From an uncultured Ignavibacteria bacterium (GTDB lineage: Bacteria > Zixibacteria > MSB-5A5 > CAIYYT01), in NCBI GenBank assembly GCA_964552775.1, contig CAZKIH010000014.1, forward strand, positions 26,991 through 90,990: 64,000 nucleotides of DNA, in the 5' to 3' direction. A model generated the notes under the pieces. It had not been told where the DNA came from, made no database searches, and saw nothing but the letters and a program-made list of their open reading frames with translations. The first letter of the stretch is position 1. Every line of letters starts with the position of its first letter. The position numbers were made by a program, and so were the translations under genes. Shown here piece after piece: positions 1 through 9,398 of the stretch.

Positions 1-408
1 GGTGAACTTATCGACCACCCGCTCGGCTTGCTCGGTCACTCCGATGCCGATGTCTTGTTGCACGCACTCTGCGACGCTCTCCTCGGCGCCGTCGCCAAGG
101 GCGATATCGGCAGGCACTTTCCACCCAATGACGAGCGCTTCAAGGATATCTCCTCCACGCTGCTGCTCAAGCAGGTCATTGCAATATTGGCAACCGACGG
201 TTGGAAACTGGTCAACGCCGATATGACCATCGTCTGCGAAGCGCCAAAGATTGCCCCATACTCCGACAAGATTCGCGCCAACATCGCCGAGGTCACTGGT
301 GTCGCGGTCGATGCTATTTCGCTCAAGGCGACGACCTCGGAGAAACTCGGTTTCACCGGCCGCGAGGAAGGCATTGCGGCGATGGCAATTGTGTTAGTGG
401 AGAAGTAG
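1..408 (+). CDS. ispF: 2-C-methyl-D-erythritol 2,4-cyclodiphosphate synthase, 5' partial (runs off window start)
   Basis: Frame 1 reads GELIDHPLGLLGHSDADVLLHALCDALLGA... from nt 1; the HSDADVLLHAL zinc/substrate motif is typical of IspF; stop TAG at 406-408. Confidence 0.85.
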   Translation, partial: GELIDHPLGLLGHSDADVLLHALCDALLGAVAKGDIGRHFPPNDERFKDISSTLLLKQVIAILATDGWKLVNADMTIVCEAPKIAPYSDKIRANIAEVTGVAVDAISLKATTSEKLGFTGREEGIAAMAIVLVEK

Positions 409-446
409 TGGAAGTCTTTTTCGCTAAGGCCGACGAAATCCTGAAC

Positions 447-1040
447 ATGGTGGCGGGGCACAGCGCAGTCTGGATCTATCTCTTCGTGCTCGTTTCGATG
501 ATAATCGAAAACTTCTTCCCGCCATACCCCGGCGATACTTGCATCTTTATCTGCGGCGTTTATGCTGCCGGCGGCAACGCCTCGTGGTCGAGTATTTATA
601 TTCTGTCTATTGTCGGTACATTGATTTCCGTGATGGGACTCTACTATGTCGGTCGCACCAAGGGCCGTACTGTTTTGTCAAGTCACAGCGCGCGCTGGCT
701 GGGCGTACGGCGTCTCGACCACGTCGAAAAATGGTTCGACAAATATCACGACAAAGTCCTGCTCGCCTCGCGCTGGCTGACCGGCGTGCGGGCATTGATT
801 GCCGTGATGGCCGGTATTGGCCGCGTGCCGGCCTGGCGTATGCTGATCTACAGCACGATCTCTACGATCACCTGGAATTTTGTCGTGTTGTTTCTCGCCC
901 TTCGCCTTCGCCGCGATTGGGACAAGATTGACCAGATACTTGTTGCCTACAATCAGATCATTATCGCGATTGTTTTAGTTGTCGTGGGATTTCTGATTTA
1001 CAAGATTATGGCGCGCAGGAAACGAGGAGAATCGAATTGA
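447..1040 (+). CDS. DedA/SNARE-associated (VTT-domain) family membrane protein
   Basis: ATG at 447 begins MVAGHSAVWIYLFVLVSMIIENFFPPYPGDT..., multi-TM with DedA-like motifs; an alternative GTG at about 408 overlaps the ispF stop; the ORF track's upstream extension (201..) is an implausible Arg-rich leader. Confidence 0.7.
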   Translation: MVAGHSAVWIYLFVLVSMIIENFFPPYPGDTCIFICGVYAAGGNASWSSIYILSIVGTLISVMGLYYVGRTKGRTVLSSHSARWLGVRRLDHVEKWFDKYHDKVLLASRWLTGVRALIAVMAGIGRVPAWRMLIYSTISTITWNFVVLFLALRLRRDWDKIDQILVAYNQIIIAIVLVVVGFLIYKIMARRKRGESN

Positions 1041-2038
1041 GAATCTTGGTGCTGGCCGGGGGCGAGTCAAAGGAGCGTGAGGTCTCGCTTAATACCGGCA
1101 AGGCAATCGCCGTCGCGCTCAAGACGATTGGCCACGATGTCGCAATGATCGACACTCGTGACGGCCGCGATCTGCTCGGCACCGCTGTCGCTCCTGTGCT
1201 GGAGCAATCATCATCTTCCGGCCCTGCCTCAAAACAGCCTCGATTCGAACTGGCGCTGCCGTCATCTCTTCGAGATTGCGATTGCGTTTTCATCGCGCTC
1301 CACGGCGGATTGGGCGAGAACGGAACGCTTCAGGCCATGTTCGATCTCGCCGGCGTTCCTTACACCGGGTCCGGCGTGCTGGCCTCGGCATTGGCGATGG
1401 ACAAGCAGCGCACCAAACTGGTTCTCGGATCGGTTGGTGTTCCATCTCCGCGCACTGTCTGCTTCGGTGATGAGGTGTCGCTCTTTCGTTTCCTCGGCAG
1501 CGAGGATGCCGATTTCCTCGAATACCCAATGGTCGTCAAGCCCAACTGCGAAGGTTCCACCGTCGGCCTGAGCATCGTGCACAATTACGACGAATTGCTT
1601 CACGGCATCCGCACGGCCGCGCAATTTGACCGCGCCATCCTGGTCGAGGAATTTATTCCGGGCCGCGAATTGACAGTTGCCATCCTCGGCGAAGAGGCTC
1701 TCCCGGTCGTTGAAATCGTTCCCAAGTCCGGATTCTACGACTATCACGCGAAGTACACTTCTGGTGCCTCCGACTACTTCTGCCCCGCAGATATCACTCC
1801 CAAAGTCGAGGCCGAGGCCAAGGACTTTGCGCTGACGGCTTTCAATATTCTGGGCTGCTCTGGTTATGCGCGGGTCGATTTTCGTCTCAATCCCGATGGT
1901 GAATTGTTCTGTCTTGAAGTCAACACCCTTCCCGGCATGACTTCAACCTCACTGGTTCCAAAAGCCGCCAAAGCCGCCGGTTTGTCCTTCGAGCAATTGT
2001 TGACCAAGATCATCGAGCTCTCGCTGAAGAAATCGTAG
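1037..2038 (+). CDS. ddl: D-alanine--D-alanine ligase
   Basis: MRILVLAGGESKEREVSLNTGKAIAVAL..., ALHGGLGENGTLQAMFDLAGVPYTGSGVLASALAMDKQRTK, ATP-grasp C-terminal region; start overlaps the upstream stop. Confidence 0.85.
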   Translation: MRILVLAGGESKEREVSLNTGKAIAVALKTIGHDVAMIDTRDGRDLLGTAVAPVLEQSSSSGPASKQPRFELALPSSLRDCDCVFIALHGGLGENGTLQAMFDLAGVPYTGSGVLASALAMDKQRTKLVLGSVGVPSPRTVCFGDEVSLFRFLGSEDADFLEYPMVVKPNCEGSTVGLSIVHNYDELLHGIRTAAQFDRAILVEEFIPGRELTVAILGEEALPVVEIVPKSGFYDYHAKYTSGASDYFCPADITPKVEAEAKDFALTAFNILGCSGYARVDFRLNPDGELFCLEVNTLPGMTSTSLVPKAAKAAGLSFEQLLTKIIELSLKKS

Positions 2039-2210
2039 CCGGTTTCGGTGCTCGGCGGATGTCCACATCCGCCGAAAACGTCCATCGGCTCCAGAAACAA
2101 ATCTCGTCGATTGGTGGTGGACCAAGGCGATCGAGCAGCCAATCGGAAGCGCATGAATTAAGCCATGCGGTCGATGTGGACATCATCGCGCACGGAAATT
2201 GCCTCTTCTT

Positions 2211-2366
2211 TGTAGGTCGAAACCCCTAATTCCACCGTCGTGACCCTTAACGTGTCGTCTGGGGGGTTTCGACACCTATGATGTTCGGATCACCAAGACG
2301 CATGTCGAAACCCCTCAAGGTATCTCTTAGCTCTGAAGACTTTCCAATAAGGGATTTCGACCTACA
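2211..2366. repeat. Nested inverted-repeat element in the convergent gap between ddl and the helicase: two copies of a GTCGAAACCCC...(about 37 nt)...GGGGTTTCGAC hairpin unit, bracketed by a perfect 12-bp inverted repeat TGTAGGTCGAAA / TTTCGACCTACA
   Basis: Read directly: 2216-2226 pairs with 2264-2274 (11 bp), 2304-2314 with 2351-2361 (1 mismatch); outer 2211-2222 pairs with 2355-2366. Confidence 0.55.
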
Positions 2367-2379
2367 GCATTTCCCAACG

Positions 2380-5007
2380 TTAACAAATCGCCGCATTGGC
2401 CAATCGTCTGGTCAGCTCCGCCAATTCCAGGTCTGAATAGGCCTCCATCGACTCGACATCAATCTTGATTTGCTCAGGCTTGAGATTGAGTCGATAGAAT
2501 CCCGACTTGTTGTTTTCGATGCGATCCTCAAGACCCGTGGCGAAGCGCTTGAGTTCCTGCTTGACGCGGTAAATATTCTTCGCCTGGTTGAATCCCGGCT
2601 CGATTTCTTCCTTGCTCATCCAACCTTCCGGCTTCAGGAATCGCGCCGCTCCGAGTTTGTACAAATAGTTGAAACTCTTCGGCGTCAAATCGATCTCGGC
2701 TTCATTGAAAAAGATCTTTACGCGTTCGCCGGTCAGCAGACCGCGCAATTTCAAGGTGGGCATTGTTTCCTCCTCGTGAATTGTTTCTGTTGTTTCTACT
2801 TTTCGAAGTCTTTTGAATTTCGTAAGAAGCTGCTCAGCAGCGCTATTACCCACGAGCGCCGCGAGCCTGGCCCGCTTTTCATCAACAAATTGATTTGCGG
2901 CTGCCCAGCCGGCATTGAATAGCTGCCAGACCAGATCGCGTTCGTCCGCTCCGAATCCTCCCGCATCGTAAATTGATCCGGGTAGTTCGAACCCCTTGCC
3001 GACGAAATGCGAGAACATTCGCAGTTGCTCTGTCTGTCCGGTGGGTTGGTGCAGCAGTTCCGAAAGTTCGGCCAGTGAATCAATTAACCAGGCCGCAGTC
3101 TCGGCCATTTGCAGTAGTGCTCCGGCATGCGTCTTGAAACGCAATTCCAACGTGACAGTCTCAACTTCGGTGGTCCATTCATTCAACAGGAATGCCGTCT
3201 TGAGCGTCAGCAGTTCACTCTCGGTCAACAGATAGTCGTTGTCGACCAATCGCTGCAGCCACGGCGCCGCCTGGGCATGCTCGCGCAGATAGGTCAACAA
3301 CCGGCCGCGATAAACCCGGCCATAATCATCCGAGGCATCGAGATAAATGCCGGCAACCTCGAAATCGGGGAGCATTGCGACCGCATAGAGCCAGCTCAAA
3401 CGGTCGGTGCCGTTGTAGTCATGCAAACGGTTTACCAAACGATTTAGTGAGGCGACGCCAATTCCGCGCAGGCTGGCGAGTTGTCCAACCGGCGAGGTTG
3501 TGATTGCGTCCTCATCGACAAACACCATTCGCTGCGACGTCAACCGCACCACGACTTCGCGAATTTTCCCGGTATCGATGCGACCATCAACAGAGGCGGA
3601 GAAAGTCGCCGACAGTACATCCTCCATCGCTGAAACCTTGCGAATGACCTTTGCAGAGACCAGGTCGAGAATGACATCGGCAAGCGGCCGCGTCAACAGC
3701 GCCGAACCGACACCCTCCGCATGGCCATCAACGTACAGTTTCCAGAGGGTTTCGGCCTCAAGTTCCGAATTGGCAATCAGTACCGAGCGGCCAAACTTTG
3801 CCCCACGGCCAAAGCGTCCGGCGCGTCCCGACATTGCCTCGTACTCGCTCCAACTCAATGGTATTACCTGCGCGCGTTGCCCGTGGCGTCCGGCCTGGTA
3901 TTTGTAGCAGTCGACGAACACCGTTTGCGCTGGAAGATTCACCCCCATCGCAAGCGTAGTGGTTGCGATCAGTACTTTGATTTCGCCATCGAGATAGCCG
4001 CGTTCGAGAATTTTGCGTTGTCGATGAGAGAGATCGGCGTGATGAAACGCCACACCCGATTGAAGCATTTCGATCAGACGCGGCCCAAGTATCGTCGCAG
4101 TCTCGTGCTGGATACGTTCGATCGTGTGATGTGCCGGCGCCCAGAAATTCCGTTCCGCCAACCGTGTCGCCAAGATTTCGCAGGCGCGCTTGGCTCGCAG
4201 GAACACCAACACCTGCTCGTCGGCGTTGACGAGCGTCTCGATATTGGCAAGCAGCAATTCGCCGGCATCATCGGTAGGGCAGTCAGAGAAAATCTCTTCA
4301 CCACCGACACGATCCGCACCGCAACGATAGCGATAGCGGCCCTGGTAGAGCACGCCATGGCGCAACTCGATCGGCCGATAGTGATCCACCAACAACCGGC
4401 AGCCCAGCCACTCGGCGAGTTGGTCGGCATTGTCCAGCACCGCCGACAAGGCCACAATCTGCGGATGGTATTCCGAGCGAAGCGTCTTGAGAATCGCCAA
4501 TTCCAGCGTCGCACCGCGTTCACTGTCGCCGAGCATTTGTACTTCGTCGATCACGATCAATCCGACCGACGACAGCAGGTCGAGATTGCGAATCAGCAGT
4601 TGATTGAATTTTTCGTAAATGAGAATTGCCAGATCGAACTTGCCGTTCTCCAGATCGTGCTCGAACTCGCGATGGTCACCAGTCGAAATGACCACGCGAA
4701 TTCCCAGCCGCTTGTAGCGGTTGACGAACTCGCCATAGCGCTCCTCGGCAATCGATTTCAGCGGTACCAGGAAGAGTGCCTTGCGACGGTTGAAAATCGC
4801 CGCTGTCGCCGCCAGTTCGCCGCAAAACGTCTTTCCCGACGAAGTCGGAGCGCAGACCAGCACATTTTCACCGGCAAGAATTCGGTTCTCGATCACCGCC
4901 TTGCGCTGCAGCGGCAACAGCTCCTGGCCGAGCCGTTCCCGCCAACCAGCGACGACCACCTCCGGCAGTCCGTATGATCTCAAGTGTTCCATTTGCATCA
5001 AAGTCAT
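2380..5007 (-). CDS. Ski2-like (Hel308/Lhr-type) superfamily-2 DExH-box helicase with long C-terminal extension
   Basis: Walker A VLVCAPTSSGKTF, motif II VIDEVQML, helicase C region (TLAMGVNLPA, SGRAGR); start set at MTLMQMEH (ATG 5005-5007), the ORF track's start is further upstream at 5064. Confidence 0.8.
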   Translation of the reverse strand: MTLMQMEHLRSYGLPEVVVAGWRERLGQELLPLQRKAVIENRILAGENVLVCAPTSSGKTFCGELAATAAIFNRRKALFLVPLKSIAEERYGEFVNRYKRLGIRVVISTGDHREFEHDLENGKFDLAILIYEKFNQLLIRNLDLLSSVGLIVIDEVQMLGDSERGATLELAILKTLRSEYHPQIVALSAVLDNADQLAEWLGCRLLVDHYRPIELRHGVLYQGRYRYRCGADRVGGEEIFSDCPTDDAGELLLANIETLVNADEQVLVFLRAKRACEILATRLAERNFWAPAHHTIERIQHETATILGPRLIEMLQSGVAFHHADLSHRQRKILERGYLDGEIKVLIATTTLAMGVNLPAQTVFVDCYKYQAGRHGQRAQVIPLSWSEYEAMSGRAGRFGRGAKFGRSVLIANSELEAETLWKLYVDGHAEGVGSALLTRPLADVILDLVSAKVIRKVSAMEDVLSATFSASVDGRIDTGKIREVVVRLTSQRMVFVDEDAITTSPVGQLASLRGIGVASLNRLVNRLHDYNGTDRLSWLYAVAMLPDFEVAGIYLDASDDYGRVYRGRLLTYLREHAQAAPWLQRLVDNDYLLTESELLTLKTAFLLNEWTTEVETVTLELRFKTHAGALLQMAETAAWLIDSLAELSELLHQPTGQTEQLRMFSHFVGKGFELPGSIYDAGGFGADERDLVWQLFNAGWAAANQFVDEKRARLAALVGNSAAEQLLTKFKRLRKVETTETIHEEETMPTLKLRGLLTGERVKIFFNEAEIDLTPKSFNYLYKLGAARFLKPEGWMSKEEIEPGFNQAKNIYRVKQELKRFATGLEDRIENNKSGFYRLNLKPEQIKIDVESMEAYSDLELAELTRRLANAAIC

Positions 5008-5157
5008 GTATAGCTCCCTGAAAAATTCTGCATTTGCGATTCGGACGGCGCCGCGAAGACACACCCTGCCTTGAGGGACTGTTGACTAACCCGTCTTATC
5101 CGCAGAGTGCGCGGCGGTCGTCCACGCCCGCCGCGCCAGAACGCGCCCGCGTTTCGG

Positions 5158-5364
5158 TCACGACATCTCACAGCTTGAAGCCGCACACGAGAGGCAGAAA
5201 AAGCAACTCCCCTCGTGAATCACACTGCCGCCGCATTCAGCGCAAAAGCGATCGCCGCAGTCGGCACAAAGATAATTATTGCCACTCGGCACCAGCATTC
5301 CACCGCAGCAGCATTCCAGTTGATTGGTTTCCAGCACATTCATTTCACTTTCCTTTCGCGTCAT
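5158..5364 (-). CDS. Small Cys-rich zinc-ribbon protein (hypothetical), directly upstream of the helicase on the same strand
   Basis: MTRKESEMNVLETNQLECCCGGMLVPSGNNYLCADCGDRFCAECGG...CFFCLSC, paired CxxC motifs; short, no homolog recognised. Confidence 0.35.
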   Translation of the reverse strand: MTRKESEMNVLETNQLECCCGGMLVPSGNNYLCADCGDRFCAECGGSVIHEGSCFFCLSCAASSCEMS

Positions 5365-5737
5365 CGGAAAGCCGCCTAACCGATGTCGCCTTGGCGGAGC
5401 GGGCCGCACGCCCGCTCCGAGGGTTTCCCGTGGTAACCGTGCTTGTTTTTAACGTGGAGTCAATATACTGCACATTTGTGCAGTCGTCAAGAAGATTCTA
5501 AAACTTAATCGAAAATAAGTTCACAGCTTTGAGTCCGCCTGGCAGGAATGGATACCTCGCCGCAGGACTGGTTATATGGTAGTCGGTTATGTTGTTTATG
5601 GACAACATATTGCCGCGATTATCGGAAGCTAAACTTGATAGGCGTTTACCTTAACGACCGAGGCCGCTCCTACCAAAGAAAGGGTGTCAAGCGGGTAGTT
5701 GCGGCAGGAGCGGCCTTAATTGTGACTGTGCCCCAAG

Positions 5738-5777
5738 GTCCTTTTAAACGCCGATGGGAGCCGGCTACCCGGCTCCC
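5738..5777 (-). terminator. Candidate Rho-independent terminator of the lipoprotein gene
   Basis: GGGAGCCGG-CUAC-CCGGCUCCC perfect 9-bp stem at 5756-5777, followed on the minus strand by AUCGGCGUUUAAAAGG. Confidence 0.4.
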
Positions 5778-5820
5778 GTTGGAGGCTGACTAAGTGTCTC
5801 AAACGATCTCTAAGGGATTC

Positions 5821-6459
5821 TCAATCAAAGTGACGCTCTGTATCGGAATCCATCCCTTGATCGCCAATCTGGTAACTGATGCCATACTTTGAAAAGTGGG
5901 ACAGCAGGAACACACCCTTGCCATCCAACACCTGGGACGGCGCTACCGTCTCCCAGCCAATGCCATCACCGTCTTCAACAGACTCATCGAAATAAAGAAG
6001 TGTGGCGATTGATCCGTCGGGCCTGTCAATCAACTGGGTCAGCTCAAGCGGCAGGTTGAACTGTAGGCCGCTCGGACCACACTCGTAGGTGTAAAGATCA
6101 GTTGTCCTGCCAATCCGATATCTCGTGCCAATGATCGTTATAGTAACGGAGTCGTTCACAGCGCCTGGACGAACAACAAAGTCGACTTTCTTGCCCTGAA
6201 TAAAGATGCGCGAATCAGCGCCTTCAGGCATGGCCAGAAAGATGGTCGTATCAGCGGCGACGAATACGGTGTCATTGACGAACGGATTGCCTCCGCCATT
6301 CTCATTGCCATTGCCGGGCAACAGCTCCTTGTTGTTTTCGGCGGCTGTTGGTGCAGCCGGATTCTCGGCACAACCAAAAAACAGAATCGCGATGGCGCAC
6401 GAAACAAGTATAATCAGCGCGACAAGCCCTTGATCTCTTAATTGCTGGTTCGTAAACAC
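5821..6459 (-). CDS. Hypothetical lipoprotein
   Basis: MFTNQQLRDQGLVALIILVSC...: n-region, h-region and LVSC lipobox; Gly/Asn-rich linker; no recognised domain. Confidence 0.6.
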   Translation of the reverse strand: MFTNQQLRDQGLVALIILVSCAIAILFFGCAENPAAPTAAENNKELLPGNGNENGGGNPFVNDTVFVAADTTIFLAMPEGADSRIFIQGKKVDFVVRPGAVNDSVTITIIGTRYRIGRTTDLYTYECGPSGLQFNLPLELTQLIDRPDGSIATLLYFDESVEDGDGIGWETVAPSQVLDGKGVFLLSHFSKYGISYQIGDQGMDSDTERHFD

Positions 6460-6785
6460 TCACCCTCCTCATATCAATATGGATAAAATCATCTACTCAT
6501 ACTCCCGCTATACTTCGCAAGAGCTGTTCCGAACATACTCAAATTGAAACACCGACGACCGGCGTCGGGTAACCGACAATGGCTACTGCTGTTGCAGCCT
6601 GTGTCGTATGGGAGCAACGTGCTGTTCATTTCCTGAGCAGTGACAATTAGCCAAAAAACCGTGGGGTAATTCCAACGGAGGATGGGAATCGAGCCATACA
6701 CATGGTGTTCGAGACGAAAAGCACCGGTGTCTCACTCGTATTCGTGTGGCTTACATGATTCGTTCTCGATGCCGATATCACTTGT

Positions 6786-8972
6786 ATGATCCGATTAATC
6801 CTCGTTCTCCAATTCGTCTTGTGTACGCTGGGTGCATCAGCTTTCGCGGAAAACAGGGCAGTCCCGCCACAATTCCACGCACGCAAAATCAGCGGCGCAA
6901 AATCGAAATCTCCGACGCTCTCGGCAATCAATAAGTCGGCAGTAAGTGTTCAGCCTCTTCAGAAGCCGGCGTTTGCTGACGCCTCGCACTGTACGGTCTA
7001 TGTCGATGAGCCGCAGAATGCGCTCTATGATTGGATGCTCGGGAACGAAATCTACTACGCGTATCAAGACCTGTTCTTTCCGAAGGTCTTCTGCGACACC
7101 ATCTATCCGTTTGTGGTCACTCATATCGGTATGACGCTCGTGCTCAATGACGCCGGAACGATGAATGTCCAGGTGTTTATCTCCGAGGTCGACCCCTTGT
7201 TTTCGTCGCCCGTTTGTCCAGTCCCGGGTGAGATTATTTATCTTGAGGACGAATACGCCGTTCAAATTCCGGGCGCGGATATCTACTCGGTTGTGATCCA
7301 ACTGAGCCAGCCGGTTCCGGTCTACGGCCCGTATTTTGCCTGCATCTATTTCGGCTCGGACATGGAGGCGATGTATCCCGGACTGGCGATCGACACGGCA
7401 GCCTATCTTTGCATCAACTACAATGAGTGGGGCGAAGGGTTGACCGACCTGGCATCGAATGACTACTACAACTTCCCCGGATCAATCCATCTCTACTCGT
7501 ACGGATACACAAAGGTCGGCATGTTGTCGCGACCGCGATTTATCGTGCCCTCCGATTCTGGCGTCACATTTCCGGGCAAGACCATCTGGGTGGGCGAGGC
7601 GAATGATGCAGTCACCTATCAAGGTGCGAAATTCGAATACTTTAAGGCTGGTGTCTGGTACGAATTTGGCGTCGATTTCAATGGCACCAGTCCATTGCGC
7701 GACGGCGTCAGCGCGGCAACAGCCGGTGACGGCTGGTCGACTGTCTGGCAGCCGTTTGGACTCAACGAAGGCAGTTATCCGCTGCGTGTGACAGTCGCCG
7801 ATTTTGACTCGACTTATGCCTCGGACACCGCGACCGTCTACCTCGACATGAAACCGCTCGCCGCCAAGTTCACGAGTCGCACCGACCTGATGTCCACCTG
7901 CGGCGCGGAGACGGTCAAGGTCTCGATCGAGGATGAAAACCCAATCGCTGTGACACTTGGTTTTCGCTATCTGCCAAATTTCGAAGAGCGCACACTGTTA
8001 CTTCTGAAGCGAAACGACTATGGTGATGTAAACGGCAATCCCAATGACGGCAACCACAACTACTCTGGTGAATTTGGTGAGTACTACTCGGCGCCGACAA
8101 TAGTCGCCGCGTTTCTCAAACATTGGTTCGACAAGGGTTACATCGAAGTAATGGCCGAAGGGTCAACATTCCTGACAATTCCCCAGCAGGTGGAAAGTCT
8201 CGCTGTTGATTTCACAACCCGCGTTAATCTCGGCACCGAGGATGACAATCTCGCGGCCGGATTGATCGACTACTTGAAGAGTCATGGCAATCGGATCAAG
8301 CCGGATATCAAGCCGAAACCGAATTGGGAGTGGTTCAAGTCGGCCTATCTTGGTCGTCTCGCGACCGTGATGCTGGCCGTCGACGGTCCGTTTGGACATT
8401 GGCTCGCGGTGCAAAAGGTTGACTATTCAGCAGCACAGAACGACAGTTTTCCGGTCACGTTCTATGATCCCATCGGCGGTCTGCTGAGATCATCTTTCCT
8501 GATCGCGCGCGGCGATTCACTGGTTCTGGGCTACTTGCCCAATAACAAGAAATACCGCGCTCAGCTCGGAATTGCACTCTATCCGAAACAGGAGGCGATC
8601 ACCTATTCGACCTTCTGGACGGACTTCAACACACTCGATGGCTTCTCAGGATTGCTGCCAACAGGCACATTCCAGGAAGACCTGCTCTATCTCGTGCGCG
8701 CGCGCGCGCTGGACGCCAACAACGACGTAGCCGACAGCTATTGGATCATCAAGAACGATTGCGTCCATCCGGTTGTGCACGGTGATGCCGATCACAATGG
8801 GCTGATTTCGATCTCCGACGCCGTGTACCTGATCAACTGGATATTCGCCTCCGGTCCCGCGCCGTATACGATGGCGCACGGAGATGCCGATTGCAGTGGT
8901 GTGGTTCAAATCTCCGATGTGGTCTTTCTCATCAACTATATCTTCGCTTCCGGTCCCGCTCCCTGTCCGTAG
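6786..8972 (+). CDS. Secreted protein with C-terminal dockerin-like repeat pair
   Basis: Signal peptide MIRLILVLQFVLCTLGASAFA; C-terminus VHGDADHNGLISISDAVYLINWIFASGPAP...HGDADCSGVVQISDVVFLINYIFASGPAPCP, two Ca-binding dockerin repeats. Confidence 0.75.
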   Translation: MIRLILVLQFVLCTLGASAFAENRAVPPQFHARKISGAKSKSPTLSAINKSAVSVQPLQKPAFADASHCTVYVDEPQNALYDWMLGNEIYYAYQDLFFPKVFCDTIYPFVVTHIGMTLVLNDAGTMNVQVFISEVDPLFSSPVCPVPGEIIYLEDEYAVQIPGADIYSVVIQLSQPVPVYGPYFACIYFGSDMEAMYPGLAIDTAAYLCINYNEWGEGLTDLASNDYYNFPGSIHLYSYGYTKVGMLSRPRFIVPSDSGVTFPGKTIWVGEANDAVTYQGAKFEYFKAGVWYEFGVDFNGTSPLRDGVSAATAGDGWSTVWQPFGLNEGSYPLRVTVADFDSTYASDTATVYLDMKPLAAKFTSRTDLMSTCGAETVKVSIEDENPIAVTLGFRYLPNFEERTLLLLKRNDYGDVNGNPNDGNHNYSGEFGEYYSAPTIVAAFLKHWFDKGYIEVMAEGSTFLTIPQQVESLAVDFTTRVNLGTEDDNLAAGLIDYLKSHGNRIKPDIKPKPNWEWFKSAYLGRLATVMLAVDGPFGHWLAVQKVDYSAAQNDSFPVTFYDPIGGLLRSSFLIARGDSLVLGYLPNNKKYRAQLGIALYPKQEAITYSTFWTDFNTLDGFSGLLPTGTFQEDLLYLVRARALDANNDVADSYWIIKNDCVHPVVHGDADHNGLISISDAVYLINWIFASGPAPYTMAHGDADCSGVVQISDVVFLINYIFASGPAPCP

Positions 8973-9398
8973 GGACGCCGATTTCATTTCCGCAAAGCAA
9001 TCAATCCTCGACGTTACGTCATTCCCGGGCGTGTTATGAAAGTCGATTATTGCTCATCGACTCTGACTTCTTGAAAACAATCGTTGAGCCAAGTCATTCC
9101 CGCGAAAGCGGGAATCCAGGTTTGTCTCCAGCGATTGAAGGACATTCGATCCAACCTGAATACTTTATCAACATCCCCTCCCGGTGGGAAAGCGAATCGT
9201 GTGAGTGCCCGGCGGTATCAAGACAACAACAAATTCTCGCGCCTGCCAATATCACTCCATTTTTTCGTTCAACCGGCAAATAGGGGAATCCCGAAACGAT
9301 TCACCTTGAATACCGTACAATTTATTATTATTGTATTTGATGTCCCTGATGTCAGGGTGCACAAAAGAGGACAATATTTTAACCACGGAGGTTTGACT

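Noticed and set aside
2211-2366. Repeated GTCGAAACCCC motifs that superficially resemble a short CRISPR array
   Set aside because: The copies are mutually inverted (hairpin partners), not direct repeats with unique spacers. There are only two units and no cas genes nearby.
5548-5793. 81-aa plus-strand ORF in the hairpin-rich gap
   Set aside because: No RBS and an odd composition. The region is better explained as structured non-coding DNA.
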